Source of the DNA: Candidatus Eiseniibacteriota bacterium
GTDB lineage: Bacteria; Eisenbacteria; RBG-16-71-46
Length of the DNA stretch: 64,000 bases
Reading direction: 5' to 3'
Assembly (NCBI GenBank): GCA_016178725.1
Contig: JACOSV010000084.1
Coordinates: 55,205-119,204 of the forward strand
Shown: positions 32,319 to 44,509 of the stretch, in pieces
Layout of the letters: each line of letters opens with the position of its first letter
How positions within the stretch are numbered: position 1 is the stretch's first letter
Translations under genes and position numbers: made by a program
The notes under the pieces: model-generated
What the model saw: only the letters and a program-made list of their open reading frames with translations
What the model was told of the DNA's origin: nothing
The model's database searches: none

Positions 32319-34169
32319 TCAGCGCACGGGCGGCGCGTCCGCGCGGGCGTAGACGCGGAAGCCGCCGCGCTCGAACACCGGCACGAATGGCGGCTCGGGC
32401 CCGCCGCCCGCCATCATGCGGACGACGACGCGGTTCGCGTCGGCGCCGCGCAAGGGCCGGTGCATGGCGATCGTCTCCGCGATCGGATCGCGCGCGGCCA
32501 TGGCGATGCCGTAGAGGGACCAGCTCGGCGGCACGACCACCCGCCGCACGCCGTTGCGTTCGCACAGGGCGGCGAGCGAATCGGGCGTCAGCGCGAGCAG
32601 CGCCCGGGCGGCGTCCAGGATGTGCGCCTGATTGACCGGGCTCTCGAGCAGCCCGTCGCAGAACGCCGGCGAGGTGGCGTCGCGTTCGATCTCGTAGCCC
32701 CGCTCCCACGGTGCGAGCACCGGTGAGCCGTCGGCGTGTGCGCGCAGATAGTCGAGCGTCGCGGCCCATTCGGGCTGGCGCTCGGTCGTGAGCGCGGACG
32801 CCGTCCGATACGAATCCGTAGCCGCCAGCGCGACGCACGGGACGAGCGCCACGATCGCGATCCGGCCGATGGTACCCGGCCGCCGCGCGAACGCCGCGGC
32901 CGCCGCGCCGATCAGCACCGCGACGGGCGGAGCGAGCAGGATGCGGTTGCGATTGGCGAGCAGCGTGAGCAGCGCCAGGGCCAGCGTCACGCCGACCGTG
33001 CACAGCACGGCCGGCTCCGCGGCGCCGAGCCACGCGCGCCGGCGCTCGCGCGCCGCGATCCAGAGCGCGGCCGGCGCGGCGACCAGCCACCAGGCGAGCC
33101 ACGAGAACGCCGCGGGACCCGCGAGGGCCGCGGGCGGCAGCGGCTGGAGCTCGCGCACCGTGAGCAGGACGCCGGTCATGGGCTCGGCGGCGCGCACGAC
33201 GCCGAACGCGAGCCACGCGCGCAGCCGCAGCAGGCGGCCGAGCGTCTCGTAGTCCCCTCCCCTCGCGAGCGCGGCGCCGATCGCCGCCGCGACGATGATC
33301 GCGCCGAGGACGATCGCGCCGCGCACCGCCGGGCGCGAACGTTCGCTGCGCAGCGCCGGGGCGTGGAGCGCGGCCGCGACCGCGATCACCGCCAGCGTCG
33401 AGGGCGCGAGGACGTGCAGCTGCCGGCGCAGGTACTCGAGCCCGAGGCACGCGACGACGAGCGCGACCGCCGTGGCGAGCAGCCACGCGCGCCACGCCGG
33501 CGCCGGCGGGCGGACGCAGGCGAGGATCGCGGCGATCAGCGCCACGATCGGCGGCAGGATGAGCGGCACGCGCCACACGGCGAGCGCGAGGAGCAACGCG
33601 AGGGCCGAGAGCGCGGCGAGGCCGCGGGCGCGGGCCGGGGACGCCGCCGCGACCGCCGCCACGCCGAGCATCAGATACGTGGTCGCGAGCAGTGTCCCCG
33701 GCGCGTCGTAGCGGAGCATGGGGCCGGTCGTGAGGTCGACGTGCGCGGGCAGGACGACCGCGATCAGCGCCGCGAGTGCCGCGCTCCATGGACCGGCGCG
33801 CAGCGCGCGCGCGCCGAACCACACCGGGATCGCGATCAGCGCCCCGGCGAGTGCTGTGAACCCGCGCAACGCGCGGTCGAGATCGAAGCCCGCGATCGCG
33901 CGGGCCGCGCGCGCCCAGAGCGCGGCCGCCTGGTAGAGGCCGAGCGGCAGGAAGCGGCCGAGATCGCGGCCGAGCGGCGGATCGGCGAGACGGTCGGGTT
34001 GGGGCAGCCGCCCCGCGGCGACGCGCGTGGCGATCAGCCGTTCGTGTCCGGCGGCATCGAGCGTGAACGCGTTGCCGGCGGGCGGCGCGAGGCGCAGCTG
34101 GAGCCCCAGCGCCGGGACCAGCAGGAACGCGGCGAGGCGCGGCGCCCAGCGGCCGAGGCGGCTGCGCAT
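32319..34169 (-). CDS. polytopic membrane protein, GT39/ArnT/PMT-like glycosyltransferase (GT-C fold)
   Basis: About 12 TM helices followed by a C-terminal soluble domain. Confidence 0.5.
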   Translation of the reverse strand: MRSRLGRWAPRLAAFLLVPALGLQLRLAPPAGNAFTLDAAGHERLIATRVAAGRLPQPDRLADPPLGRDLGRFLPLGLYQAAALWARAARAIAGFDLDRALRGFTALAGALIAIPVWFGARALRAGPWSAALAALIAVVLPAHVDLTTGPMLRYDAPGTLLATTYLMLGVAAVAAASPARARGLAALSALALLLALAVWRVPLILPPIVALIAAILACVRPPAPAWRAWLLATAVALVVACLGLEYLRRQLHVLAPSTLAVIAVAAALHAPALRSERSRPAVRGAIVLGAIIVAAAIGAALARGGDYETLGRLLRLRAWLAFGVVRAAEPMTGVLLTVRELQPLPPAALAGPAAFSWLAWWLVAAPAALWIAARERRRAWLGAAEPAVLCTVGVTLALALLTLLANRNRILLAPPVAVLIGAAAAAFARRPGTIGRIAIVALVPCVALAATDSYRTASALTTERQPEWAATLDYLRAHADGSPVLAPWERGYEIERDATSPAFCDGLLESPVNQAHILDAARALLALTPDSLAALCERNGVRRVVVPPSWSLYGIAMAARDPIAETIAMHRPLRGADANRVVVRMMAGGGPEPPFVPVFERGGFRVYARADAPPVR

Positions 34170-34175
34170 CGCGCG

Positions 34176-35138
34176 CTAGAACGCGCCGGAAACGACCCGC
34201 GTCGCCTGCTCGAGCACCGCGACCGCGTCGGCGCGCCCGCCCTTCCACGCCGCCTCGGCGCGGTAGAGCGCATCGAGCGCGTGCGCGAGGGCGCGCGGCG
34301 CGAGCCGCGCGCGCAGCGCCTGACTCAAGCCGCGGTCGCGCGCCCACCCGCCGAGCGCGCCGCCGACCAGGTTCGCGAGCGCGAACAGGATCGCGCCCTC
34401 GGACACGCCGGCGGCGAGCAGCCGGCCGAGGCGCTGGCCCGCGGCGGTCGCGTCGCCCGCCGCCACCGCGGCGAGGTAGGCGGGGATGTCGGCGCCGACC
34501 ACCGGTCGCAGGATCGCGGCGACGTCGCTCGGTGCGAGCCGGCCCTCGGGGCCCGCCCACGCCGCGAGCTTCTCCAGCTCATCGAAGAACGCGACGGCGT
34601 CGCCCTCGCAGGCGTCCACCACCGCCTCCATCGTCGCGGGCGCGAGCGTGATCCGTTCGCGCCGCATGCGCCGCGCGCCCCACGCCATGAGCTGCGAACG
34701 CCCGGGCGCCGTCGCCTCGCAGCGCACGCTGCACGCGCCGCGCAGCGGCTCGAGCGACTTGCGCGGCGTCTCGCCCTCGGATTCGATCAGCACGAGGCAT
34801 GCGCCGCCGGTCGGCCGCAGCACGCCCTCGGCGAGCGCGGTGATGCGCTTCTCGCTGCGCGTCAGGTCCTCGACCTCGAACAGGAACAGCAGCTCGCGCT
34901 GCGCGAACAGGGATCCGCCGTGGTAGGCGGCGAGCACCTCATCGACGCCGATCTCGCCGACGCGGAACACGCGCGCGAGCGGCGCATCGGGCACGGCCCG
35001 CGCCCAGGCGCGGCGGATCTCGGCGAGCAGCGCCGCCTTCACGCCCTCGTCCGGGCCCTCGAGGTAGAGCGCCGCCGGGAACTCGCCGCGCTCGATCGCG
35101 TCGAGCAGCTGGTCGGGCGCGAGGCGACGGCTGCGCAC
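34176..35138 (-). CDS. holA: DNA polymerase III delta subunit; start uncertain, and the ORF extends to 35261 in the lptE overlap
   Basis: [29 protein letters not shown]-terminus typical of HolA. Conserved lptE-holA-leuS neighbourhood. Confidence 0.7.
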   Translation of the reverse strand: MRSRRLAPDQLLDAIERGEFPAALYLEGPDEGVKAALLAEIRRAWARAVPDAPLARVFRVGEIGVDEVLAAYHGGSLFAQRELLFLFEVEDLTRSEKRITALAEGVLRPTGGACLVLIESEGETPRKSLEPLRGACSVRCEATAPGRSQLMAWGARRMRRERITLAPATMEAVVDACEGDAVAFFDELEKLAAWAGPEGRLAPSDVAAILRPVVGADIPAYLAAVAAGDATAAGQRLGRLLAAGVSEGAILFALANLVGGALGGWARDRGLSQALRARLAPRALAHALDALYRAEAAWKGGRADAVAVLEQATRVVSGAF

Positions 35139-35193
35139 CGGGATCGCGCGCGCGCGCGGCGCGGCGCCGGTCGACGCGCCGCCCGCCGGATCG

Positions 35194-35676
35194 CTACCAG
35201 CCCTGGACCGAGCGGGCGACGATCTCTTCGGCGAGCTTGTTGATGGCGTCTTTCCGGCCATCGAGCTCCGTCTTCGCCGGCGATCCCGGCGTGTCGACGA
35301 CGTAGTAGTTGGCGGTCTTGACCATGTGCTCCTCGGTCCAGAGCTCGCGGTTCTTCACCTGATCCTTGAACACCACGGCGCACTCGATCGTGACACGATA
35401 CTCCTGCGCCTGCGCCGCCTGACTGAAGCCGAAGACGGCGTTCTTGTACAGGTTGATCCGCCCCTTGATCACGGCGTCCGCCGAGTGCTCGTCGACGATC
35501 TTGAGGTGGTTGTCGGCGACGAACCGGGCGATCACCGCATCGGTCACGTCACGCTCGAGCGTGTACTCGGTCGTGCCGTTCTCGAACACCGGGATCGCGA
35601 GCGTCTTGAGGTGGGACGGCAGGAGCGCCGTGCTGGTCGTGTAGGCGCACCCGCAGGCCGCCAGCGTCACGGCCAC
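35194..35676 (-). CDS. LptE-like lipoprotein (LPS assembly)
   Basis: Position immediately upstream of holA. Lipobox LAAC. A full signal peptide (RSLRGGLAGVAAVAVTLAAC) is only obtained by extending upstream of the first GTG to the in-frame TAG of the preceding gene. Confidence 0.55.
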   Translation of the reverse strand: MAVTLAACGCAYTTSTALLPSHLKTLAIPVFENGTTEYTLERDVTDAVIARFVADNHLKIVDEHSADAVIKGRINLYKNAVFGFSQAAQAQEYRVTIECAVVFKDQVKNRELWTEEHMVKTANYYVVDTPGSPAKTELDGRKDAINKLAEEIVARSVQGW

Positions 35677-35721
35677 CGCCGCGACGCCTGCCAGACCGCC
35701 TCGAAGCGAACGCGTGAGCGC

Positions 35722-37175
<1,454 letters not shown>

Positions 37176-37179
<4 letters not shown>

Positions 37180-39125
37180 GGGGTCCCTCCATTGGATTCC
37201 ATCGGCAGCTCGACGACGAACGTCGTGCCGCATCCGGGTTCGCTCTGTACGGTGAGTGCGCCGCCGTGGCGCTTGACGATGTCGTGGCAGATGTAGAGGC
37301 CGAGCCCGGTGCCTCCCTGGCGCGTGGTGAAGAAGGGCTCGAAGACGGTCTTCAGGTGTTCGGGGCTGATGCCGCTGCCGCGGTCCTCGATTCGCGCCAC
37401 GACGCCGGCGCTCCACGCGCCGGGACCGCGGCCGGGGTGGGCGCGGCGCCCGGCCGGCGGCGTCGGCGCGAGCGTCACGCGGATCGCGCCGCCCTCGGGC
37501 GAGGCCTCGCCGGCGTTCTTGATCAGGTTGATGAACACCTGCTGCATCTGATCGGCGTCGTGCGGCACCGGCGGCGTGTACGGCGCGCACTCGACGCTCA
37601 CCGTCAGCTGGCGCGCGGCGAGCGTCGCCTCGAGCGAGTGCGCGGCGCGGCGCACCGCGTCCTCGAGCGGCTGGGCGCGCAGCGCGAGCCCGCGCGGGTG
37701 CGTGATGTCGAAGAGGTCCTGGACGATGCGGTCGAGGCGGCGGATCTCGCTCAGGATGAATCCCAGGTTCTCGCGCTGCGGCCCGTCGGCCACCGAGCGG
37801 TCGAGGTACTGGACGCCGGCCGCGATGCCGGTGAGCGGGTTGCGGATCTCATGCGCGACGCTCGACGTGAAGCGCCCGAGCGCGGCGAGCCGGTCCTGGC
37901 GGCGCGCGTGCTCCTCGGCGCGCTTGAGCGGCGTCAGGTCCACGAACGTGGCGATCGCGCCGTAGACCGCGCGGCGCTCGTTGCGCAGCAGCGACGTCGT
38001 GAGGCTCACCGGCACCGGCACACCGTCGCGGGCGCGCAGCATGGTCTCCTCGCGGAGGCTCTCGCGCCCGCGCTCGAGTGTCGCGCGCAGGATCGCGTCT
38101 CCCTCTTCGCCGAAGAAGCGCCCGAACGGCTGCCCGGTCACGTCCGCCTCGGCGAAGCCGAGCAGCGACTCGGCCGCGCGGTTGAAGGTCAGGATCTCGC
38201 CCTGCATGTTCACCGCGACCAGCGCGCTCGCCATGCTGTCGAGCACGTGCATGCGGAAGCGCTCGCTCTGGCGCAGGTCCTGGTAGAGGCGGGCGTTCTC
38301 GACCACCGGCGCGACCGAGAGCGCGATCGATTCGAGCAGCGTCACGTCGGTCGCGCTCAGCGGCGGGGCGCTCGCCGGCCGCGCCATGCCGATGACGCCG
38401 AGGATCGGCATGAGCTCGCAGCCGAGGCAGTGGCGCTGGCGCTCCTCGCGTTCGATCGCCCAGCTCTCGGCCGCGGCGCCGGGCGGCGGCGCGACTGCGC
38501 TCGCGTCGCCGAGCACGCAGCGCGCGCCGCACAGCTCGCGCGTCTCGGCGATCGGCGCCTGGCTGCGCTGGAGCGGCACCGTGGCGAGCGAGCCGAGCTC
38601 CGCGAACACCTCCTGCAGCGGATGGCCCTCGGGGAGCTGGGCGACCAGATGCCGCTGCGGGTCGTGGAGGTGGACGGTGCGATTGAGCCAGACGCTGCGC
38701 GCGAGCGCGCCCGGGTCGCCGGCGAGCGGCAGGTCGAGCGCGTGGCTGTGCTCGCGCCCGCCGTCGCCGCGCGTCCATGTCCCGTTGAGCCGCATGCGGT
38801 CGCGGTCGACGAGCAGCAGGAACGCGTCCTCGAAGCCGAACGCGCGGTGCAGGTAGCGCGTGACGGTGTGGGTGGTCTCGCCGCTGTCGAGCGACGTCAC
38901 CATGCGGTTCGCGACCTCGCGCAGCGAGACGAGCTGCACGTTGGTCTCGATCAGGCGCCGGTGGCTGCGCTCCAGCTCCTCGACCAGCTCCGACACGGTA
39001 CGCAGCAGCGCCGCGGTGTCGTCCGGCTCGATCGCCGTCGGCACCTCGGAGCGCTCCGCCAGGCCGCGCACTTCGTCCACCCGGCGCAGCAGCGCGCGCA
39101 GGGCGGCGCGTTGTTCGTGGGACAT
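37176..39125 (-). CDS. sensor histidine kinase with GAF and PAS domains
   Basis: ATGA overlap with the response regulator. H-box SVAHEIRNPL. ATPase N/G boxes (GTGLGL). No TM segments. Confidence 0.85.
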
Positions 39126-39225
39126 TCGGGCACTGTCCGCGCCGGGAAAGGGGTGGTCCGGCGCGTGGTGATGCGTGGATCGGGCGCGCGTCGCGTCAGG
39201 GCGGATCGGCGGCGCGCGCCGGCGT

Positions 39226-40359
39226 TCAGTGCGAGTCCGTGAATTCCCTCACCGTGGCGGCGACGTAGCGAATCTGCTCCTCCGTGAGCTCCGGGTAGAT
39301 CGGCAGCGCCAGGGTCTCACGCGCGGCGGCTTCCGCCTGCGGCATGTCCCCTTCGCCGTAGCCGAGTGTCGCAAAGCACTGCTGCCGATGGAGCGGCACC
39401 GGGTAGTAGACCTCGGTGCCGATCCCGCGCTCGCCGAGATGCTGGCGCAGCGCGTCGCGGCCGGCGACGCGGATGACGTACTGGTTGTAGATGTGGCGCC
39501 CGCGCGGATCGCGGTACGGCCGGCCGACGCGCGCGCCCTCGAACAGCTGGTCGTAGAGCGCGGCGTTGCGCGCCCGCGCCTCGCTCCAGCGGTCGAGGTG
39601 CTTGAGCTTGACGCGCAGGATCGCCGCCTGAACCGCGTCGAGCCGCGAGTTGGTGCCGACCAGCGCGTGGTAGTACTTGGGCCGGGCGCCGTGCTCGCGC
39701 AGCAGCCGCACGCGGTCCGCGAGCGCGGCGTCCTGCGCGGTCACCATGCCGCCGTCGCCGGCGGCGCCCAGGTTCTTGGACGGGAAGAACGAGAAGCAGC
39801 CGAGATCGCCGACCGATCCGGCGCGCCGTCCCTCCCACTCCGAGCCGATCGCCTGCGCGGCGTCCTCGATCAGCCACACGTTGCGCTTCTCGCACACGGC
39901 CGAGATGGCGGTGAGATCGCTGCACTGGCCGTAGAGGTGCACGGCGATCACCGCCTTGGTGCGCGGCGTGATCGCGGCCTCGAGCCGGTGCGCGTCCATG
40001 TTGTAGCTCGCGGGATCGATGTCCACGAACACCGGCGTCGCGCCGGCGTTGACCACGGCGCCGGCGCTGGCGAAGAACGAGTACGCGCCGGTCACGACCT
40101 CGTCGCCCGGGCCGACGTCGAGCGCGCGCAGGGCGAGCAGTAGGGCGTCGGTGCCCGACGCGCAGCCGATCGCGTGCGCGCACTGCGAGTAGCGCGCGAC
40201 CTCCTCCTCGAGCCCGCTCACCTCGGGGCCGCCGATGAAGCGCGCGCTGTCGAGCACGCGGTGCACGGCGGCGTCCATCTCGGTCTTGATGTCGGCGTAC
40301 TGGGCCTTGAGGTCCAGGAGCGGCACGGTCATCGCCGCCTTGACGGTCATCGCTGCCAC
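39226..40359 (-). CDS. DegT/DnrJ/EryC1 family sugar aminotransferase (WbpE/GnnB-like)
   Basis: PLP-dependent fold with ...LLDLKAQY... and a lysine-containing motif. GTG start with a GGGAGGG RBS. Confidence 0.85.
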   Translation of the reverse strand: MAAMTVKAAMTVPLLDLKAQYADIKTEMDAAVHRVLDSARFIGGPEVSGLEEEVARYSQCAHAIGCASGTDALLLALRALDVGPGDEVVTGAYSFFASAGAVVNAGATPVFVDIDPASYNMDAHRLEAAITPRTKAVIAVHLYGQCSDLTAISAVCEKRNVWLIEDAAQAIGSEWEGRRAGSVGDLGCFSFFPSKNLGAAGDGGMVTAQDAALADRVRLLREHGARPKYYHALVGTNSRLDAVQAAILRVKLKHLDRWSEARARNAALYDQLFEGARVGRPYRDPRGRHIYNQYVIRVAGRDALRQHLGERGIGTEVYYPVPLHRQQCFATLGYGEGDMPQAEAAARETLALPIYPELTEEQIRYVAATVREFTDSH

Positions 40360-40381
40360 GGTGTCGCCCTCCCGATGTCGA

Positions 40382-41140
40382 TCATGCGTCGCTCCAGCCC
40401 TGGCTCTCGAGCAGCTGCTCGGCCGGTACGGCGCGCAACGGCCGGGCCGGCGAGCCCATCACGATCGTGCGCGCCGGCACGTCGCGGGTCACGACCGAGC
40501 CGGCCGCGACCAGCCCGTCCTCGCCGATCACGACGCCGGGCAGGATCACCGAACCGGCGCCGATCCGGCCGCCCTTCTTCACCGTGACGCCCTTGAAGTG
40601 CTTGAAGCGTTCGGCGGTGCGCCCGACGTAGTTGTCGTTCGAGGTCACGACGCCGGGGGCCACGAACACGCGGTCCTCGAGCGTCGAGTAGGCGGTGATG
40701 TAGCACTCGCTCTCGAGCTTGCAGTAGCGGCCGACGGAGCAGAAGTTCTCGACCGTGACGCCGCGGCCGACGATCGTGCCGCGGCCGATCGTGACGTTCT
40801 CGCGCACGGTGCACAGGTCGGCCATCAGCACCTTGCCGTCGATCGAAGCGCCGCGGTAGAGCACGACGCCGGTGCCGACGATGCACAGGTCGCCGACGAC
40901 GAGCGGCGGCAGCTCCTGCTCCTTCGTCGTCGCCGAGTTCGCGGCGCGCATCGGCGACTTGCCCAGCGTCGCGTGATCGTCGATGCGCACGTCGCTGCCG
41001 ATCACGGTGTCGTCGTGGATCACCACGTGGTGCCCGATCCGGCAGCGCGCGCCCGTGCGGACGCCCGCGCCGACGACGCAACCCTCGCCCAGGGTCGTGC
41101 CCTCGCCGAGTGCCGCGCTCGCGTGGATCGCCGGGCTCAT
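40382..41140 (-). CDS. hexapeptide-repeat N-acetyltransferase (WbpD/PglD-like)
   Basis: Left-handed beta-helix hexapeptide repeats throughout. Confidence 0.8.
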   Translation of the reverse strand: MSPAIHASAALGEGTTLGEGCVVGAGVRTGARCRIGHHVVIHDDTVIGSDVRIDDHATLGKSPMRAANSATTKEQELPPLVVGDLCIVGTGVVLYRGASIDGKVLMADLCTVRENVTIGRGTIVGRGVTVENFCSVGRYCKLESECYITAYSTLEDRVFVAPGVVTSNDNYVGRTAERFKHFKGVTVKKGGRIGAGSVILPGVVIGEDGLVAAGSVVTRDVPARTIVMGSPARPLRAVPAEQLLESQGWSDA

Positions 41141-42174
41141 CGCGCCGCCGCCGTCTCGGCCGCGAGCGCGACCGGCGCCCCGCCCAGCTCGAGCGAGCGC
41201 TGCGCCGCGGCCAGCACGCGCACGACGCGCAGTCCGTCCGCGCCGTCGGTGAGCGGCGCCTTGTGGTCGCGCACGCACTCGACGAAGTGCTGGCACTCGA
41301 GCCTGAGCGGCTCCTGGAGCGAGATCTTCGGGATCAGGATGTCGCCGCTGCGGATGCTCAACGCATCGCCGTAGGAGACGATCTGTCCCGCGCGATCCAC
41401 GCCCTTGTCGTAGACGCGGATCTTCTCGCTCGCCTCCATGTCGTCGAAGACCACCATCTTCTGGCGGCCGACGACGGTGAACTTGCGCAGCTTGTGCGGG
41501 TCGAGCCACGAGACGTGCACGTGCGCCATCCGCCCGTCGGCGAAGCGCAGGTGCAGGAAGACGACGTCCTCGACCTCGCCCTGGAGGAACGCGGCGCCGC
41601 GCGCCGCGACGTCCACCGGCTCCATCTCGAGGAGGTGGAGGATGACCGAAAGATCGTGCGGCGCGAAGCTCCACAGCGCGTTCTCGTCGCGGCGCACCTT
41701 GCCGAGGTTCACGCGCTGCGAATAGATGTAGAGGATGTCGCCGAGGTCGCCGCGGCGCACCATCTCCTTCAGGTGGCGCACGCCCGGGTGATAGAGGAGC
41801 AGGTGGCCGACCATCAGGATCCGGTCGCGCTCGCGGGCGAGGCGCACCAGCTCCTCGGCGTCGCCGACCGTGAGCGCCAGCGGCTTCTCGACGTACACGT
41901 CCTTGCCGGCTTCGAGCAGCGCCTTCGCGATCGGATGGTGCTGGATCGCCGAGGCGGCGACCACCACGCCGCGCACGTCGGGGGCCGCCGCGATCTCCTC
42001 GAGGCGCGTCGTGGTGCGGGCGCCGGGCGCCTGCGCCGCCGCGCGCGCGAGCCGCGCCGGATCGGTGTCGCACAGCGCCGCGAGGCGGCTGCCCGGGAGC
42101 GCGGCGAAGTTGCGCACCAGATTGGCGCCCCAGTCGCCGGTCCCGACCACCGCGATGCCGACCGTCTCCCCCAC
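41137..42174 (-). CDS. Gfo/Idh/MocA family sugar oxidoreductase (WbpB/GnnA-like)
   Basis: N-terminal Rossmann motif IAVVGTGDWG. ATGA overlap with the acetyltransferase. Confidence 0.85.
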   Translation of the reverse strand: MGETVGIAVVGTGDWGANLVRNFAALPGSRLAALCDTDPARLARAAAQAPGARTTTRLEEIAAAPDVRGVVVAASAIQHHPIAKALLEAGKDVYVEKPLALTVGDAEELVRLARERDRILMVGHLLLYHPGVRHLKEMVRRGDLGDILYIYSQRVNLGKVRRDENALWSFAPHDLSVILHLLEMEPVDVAARGAAFLQGEVEDVVFLHLRFADGRMAHVHVSWLDPHKLRKFTVVGRQKMVVFDDMEASEKIRVYDKGVDRAGQIVSYGDALSIRSGDILIPKISLQEPLRLECQHFVECVRDHKAPLTDGADGLRVVRVLAAAQRSLELGGAPVALAAETAAAR

Positions 42175-42188
42175 CCGCTTCGCCTCCC

Positions 42189-42226
42189 TGTGAAATGAAG
42201 AACCCGGACGCGCCTCGTGCGTCCGG
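42189..42226 (-). terminator. putative intrinsic terminator after the GGDEF gene
   Basis: Hairpin CCGGACGC-gcctcgt-GCGTCCGG followed on the minus strand by GUUCUUCAUUUCACA. Confidence 0.4.
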
Positions 42227-42274
42227 GGCCGGGCAGTCTATCAGCGGCCTTCGCGGACGGTCAACGCTCCGTGG

Positions 42275-43282
42275 TCAGGCCGCACGCCTCACGTACGGCC
42301 CGACCTGATTCCGTCCATTCTGCTTCGCGAGGTAGAGCGCGCGATCCGCCGATTCGATCAGCGCGCTCGTCGTCTGTCCGTTCTCGGGGAACGCCGCGAT
42401 CCCGATGCTCACCGTGATCTGCCCGGGGTGCGCGAGCGGGAACGTGTGGCCCTCGACGCCGGCCCGCAGGCGCTCGGCGGCGCTCGTCGCGCCGTCGGCG
42501 TCGGTCTGGGGCAGGATCACGGTGAACTCGTCGCCGCCGTACTTGGCGACGAGATCCCACGAGCGCACGTGGCGCGCGAACAGTCCTGCCATCTCGCGCA
42601 GCAGAAAGCTGCCGCGCAGATGCCCGTGTCGGTCGTTATACGCTTTGAGATTGTCGACGTCGATCATCAGCAGCGCGAGATCCTGATGGTAGCGGCCGGC
42701 GCGTTTGATCTCGCGCCGCAGCGCGCTCTTGAGGAACCGGTAGTTGTAGACCTGCGTCAGGTCGTCGGTGACCGCGAGCTTCTCCACGTTCTGGGCGAGG
42801 CGCAGGTTCTCGAGCGCCATCGACGCCCAGGCGCCGAGCAGCGTCAGCAGACGCACGTCCTCGCCGTCGTACTTCGCGGCGCCGCGCTTGCGCAGCACGG
42901 CGAGGTAGCCGGGCGACTGGTCGCGCAGCTTGAGCGGGACGAAGAGCGCCGGTCCCGCGTCGAGACCGGGACAGTGATCGTCCGGGCCGGTGCGTCCGCC
43001 TTCGTTCACGTCGGCGAGCACCACCGCCTTGCCGTAGAGCATCATCGGCCGCGACGTGCCGCGCGCCTCCGGAGCGATCGGGCCCTCGGGCTCGGGCTGG
43101 TCGCGGCGCATCGCGAAGCGCTCGGGCTGGCGTCCGGGTGAAAGCATGACGACGCTGCCGTCGCTCTCGCACAGCGCGAGCGCGCAGCGCAGCACGGTCG
43201 CCAGCAGCTCGGGGCGCGAACGCGCCGCCGCGCGGCCGGAGAGATCCAGCAGCGACTCGAGGATCTTCTCGCGCGAGAGCAT
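42275..43282 (-). CDS. GAF domain-containing diguanylate cyclase (GGDEF)
   Basis: ...RYGGDEF... active-site motif. N-terminal GAF-like region. Confidence 0.85.
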   Translation of the reverse strand: MLSREKILESLLDLSGRAAARSRPELLATVLRCALALCESDGSVVMLSPGRQPERFAMRRDQPEPEGPIAPEARGTSRPMMLYGKAVVLADVNEGGRTGPDDHCPGLDAGPALFVPLKLRDQSPGYLAVLRKRGAAKYDGEDVRLLTLLGAWASMALENLRLAQNVEKLAVTDDLTQVYNYRFLKSALRREIKRAGRYHQDLALLMIDVDNLKAYNDRHGHLRGSFLLREMAGLFARHVRSWDLVAKYGGDEFTVILPQTDADGATSAAERLRAGVEGHTFPLAHPGQITVSIGIAAFPENGQTTSALIESADRALYLAKQNGRNQVGPYVRRAA

Positions 43283-43357
43283 GGTCCAATTCTTCCTTTG
43301 AGAACGTGTGATTCCGCCCAAGACGCTGCAATGCTAATGCCAAGTCCCGGAGCGGGT

Positions 43358-44404
43358 TCAGCCCCGCGGGGCGGGTCCGCGGAGTCGCGTGAGGAGCGCG
43401 ACCGAGCGCACCGCGAATCCGATCGCGCCGCCGGCCAGGAGCCACCAGGCGATGCGTCGCTGCCAATCGGCCAACGGCAAGTCCGGACCGGAGTTGATGA
43501 ATGCGCGGAGCCCCCAGACGAGGGCCGCGGTGAGCGCGATCGAGAGCCCGAGCTGAACGCCGGTCCACGCCCGCCACTCCGCGGCCGCCGGGCCTCCGCC
43601 GCTGGGGAGGTTCACCCCGGAGCGGCGTGCGACGCGTGCGTTCTGCACGATTCCGGGTTCCGCGGGCGCAACATTCTGGTCGCCCCCCGGCGCGAGACGT
43701 GCCACCCAGAGATGGGTCGCGCCGAACATGAACCGCCGGTGCGCCACGCGCGCGAACCCCGCCCGCTCGAGCGCCGCTTCGAACTCCGGGCCCGGTCCGA
43801 ACGCGAAGATCGAGCGGCTCAAGTACGCGTAGGCCGAGGCGTCGCGCGAGATCCTGCCGGCGAGCGGAACGACGCGCCGCAGGTAGAGCCGATGGAGCGG
43901 CGCGAACGGACCGGGCGCGGGTGCCGCCGCCTCGAGCACCGCGAGCGTGCCGCCCGAGCGCAGCACGCGCGCGAGCTCGGCGAGCGCGTCGGCGAGCGGA
44001 CGCATGTTGCGGATGCCGAAGGCGATCGTCACGCCGTCGAGCGAATCGTCGCGAAGCGGCAGGCGAAAGCCGTCGGCGCACACGAGCCGCGGCGCCCATC
44101 CGGTCGGCTCCATGCGCGCGGCCGCGACCGCGAGCATGCCGAGGCTCACGTCGGCGCCGATGACCAGCCGGCCGGGGCGCCGCAGGCCGCCGAGCGAGAC
44201 GCCGCTCCCGGTGCAGAGATCGAGCACCGTGTGCGCGTCCTCGGGCACGGCGCGCGCGAGGGCCGCGCGCCAGGTCCGGTCCTGGCCGAGCGACAGGACA
44301 CCGTTGAGGAGGTCGTAGCGGCCCGAGACCTCGTCGAACATGCCGCCGATCTCGCGCGTGGCGCGCGGGGCGAAGCGATCGGGATCAGGCGGTGGGGTCG
44401 TCAT
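43358..44404 (-). CDS. ubiE: class I SAM-dependent methyltransferase (UbiE/MenG-like) with C-terminal membrane extension
   Basis: SAM-binding motif LDLCTGSG. UbiE-like N-terminus. Two C-terminal TM helices. Confidence 0.7.
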   Translation of the reverse strand: MTTPPPDPDRFAPRATREIGGMFDEVSGRYDLLNGVLSLGQDRTWRAALARAVPEDAHTVLDLCTGSGVSLGGLRRPGRLVIGADVSLGMLAVAAARMEPTGWAPRLVCADGFRLPLRDDSLDGVTIAFGIRNMRPLADALAELARVLRSGGTLAVLEAAAPAPGPFAPLHRLYLRRVVPLAGRISRDASAYAYLSRSIFAFGPGPEFEAALERAGFARVAHRRFMFGATHLWVARLAPGGDQNVAPAEPGIVQNARVARRSGVNLPSGGGPAAAEWRAWTGVQLGLSIALTAALVWGLRAFINSGPDLPLADWQRRIAWWLLAGGAIGFAVRSVALLTRLRGPAPRG

Positions 44405-44418
44405 GCCCGGGATGGGAT

Positions 44419-44495
44419 TGGTGCGCCCGACAGGAATCGAACCTGTAACCTTTAGCTCCGGAGGCTAACGCTCTATCCAATTGAGCTACGGGCGC
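44419..44495 (-). tRNA. tRNA-Arg (anticodon CCG)
   Basis: Manual cloverleaf: acceptor GCGCCCG/CGGGCGC; D arm GCTC-AATTGGATA-GAGC; anticodon stem TTAGC with loop CTCCGGA; T arm ACAGG-TTCGATT-CCTGT; encoded CCA. Confidence 0.9.
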
Positions 44496-44509
44496 ATGCG
44501 GGCAGGCGT

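Noticed and set aside
29803-34560. 1585-aa minus-strand ORF spanning leuS and the region upstream of it
   Set aside because: It is a frame that happens to stay open. Only the MAHRYPF... segment (29803-32262) is LeuS. The upstream part is mirror-frame junk overlapping the real GT-C protein and holA, which are in other frames.
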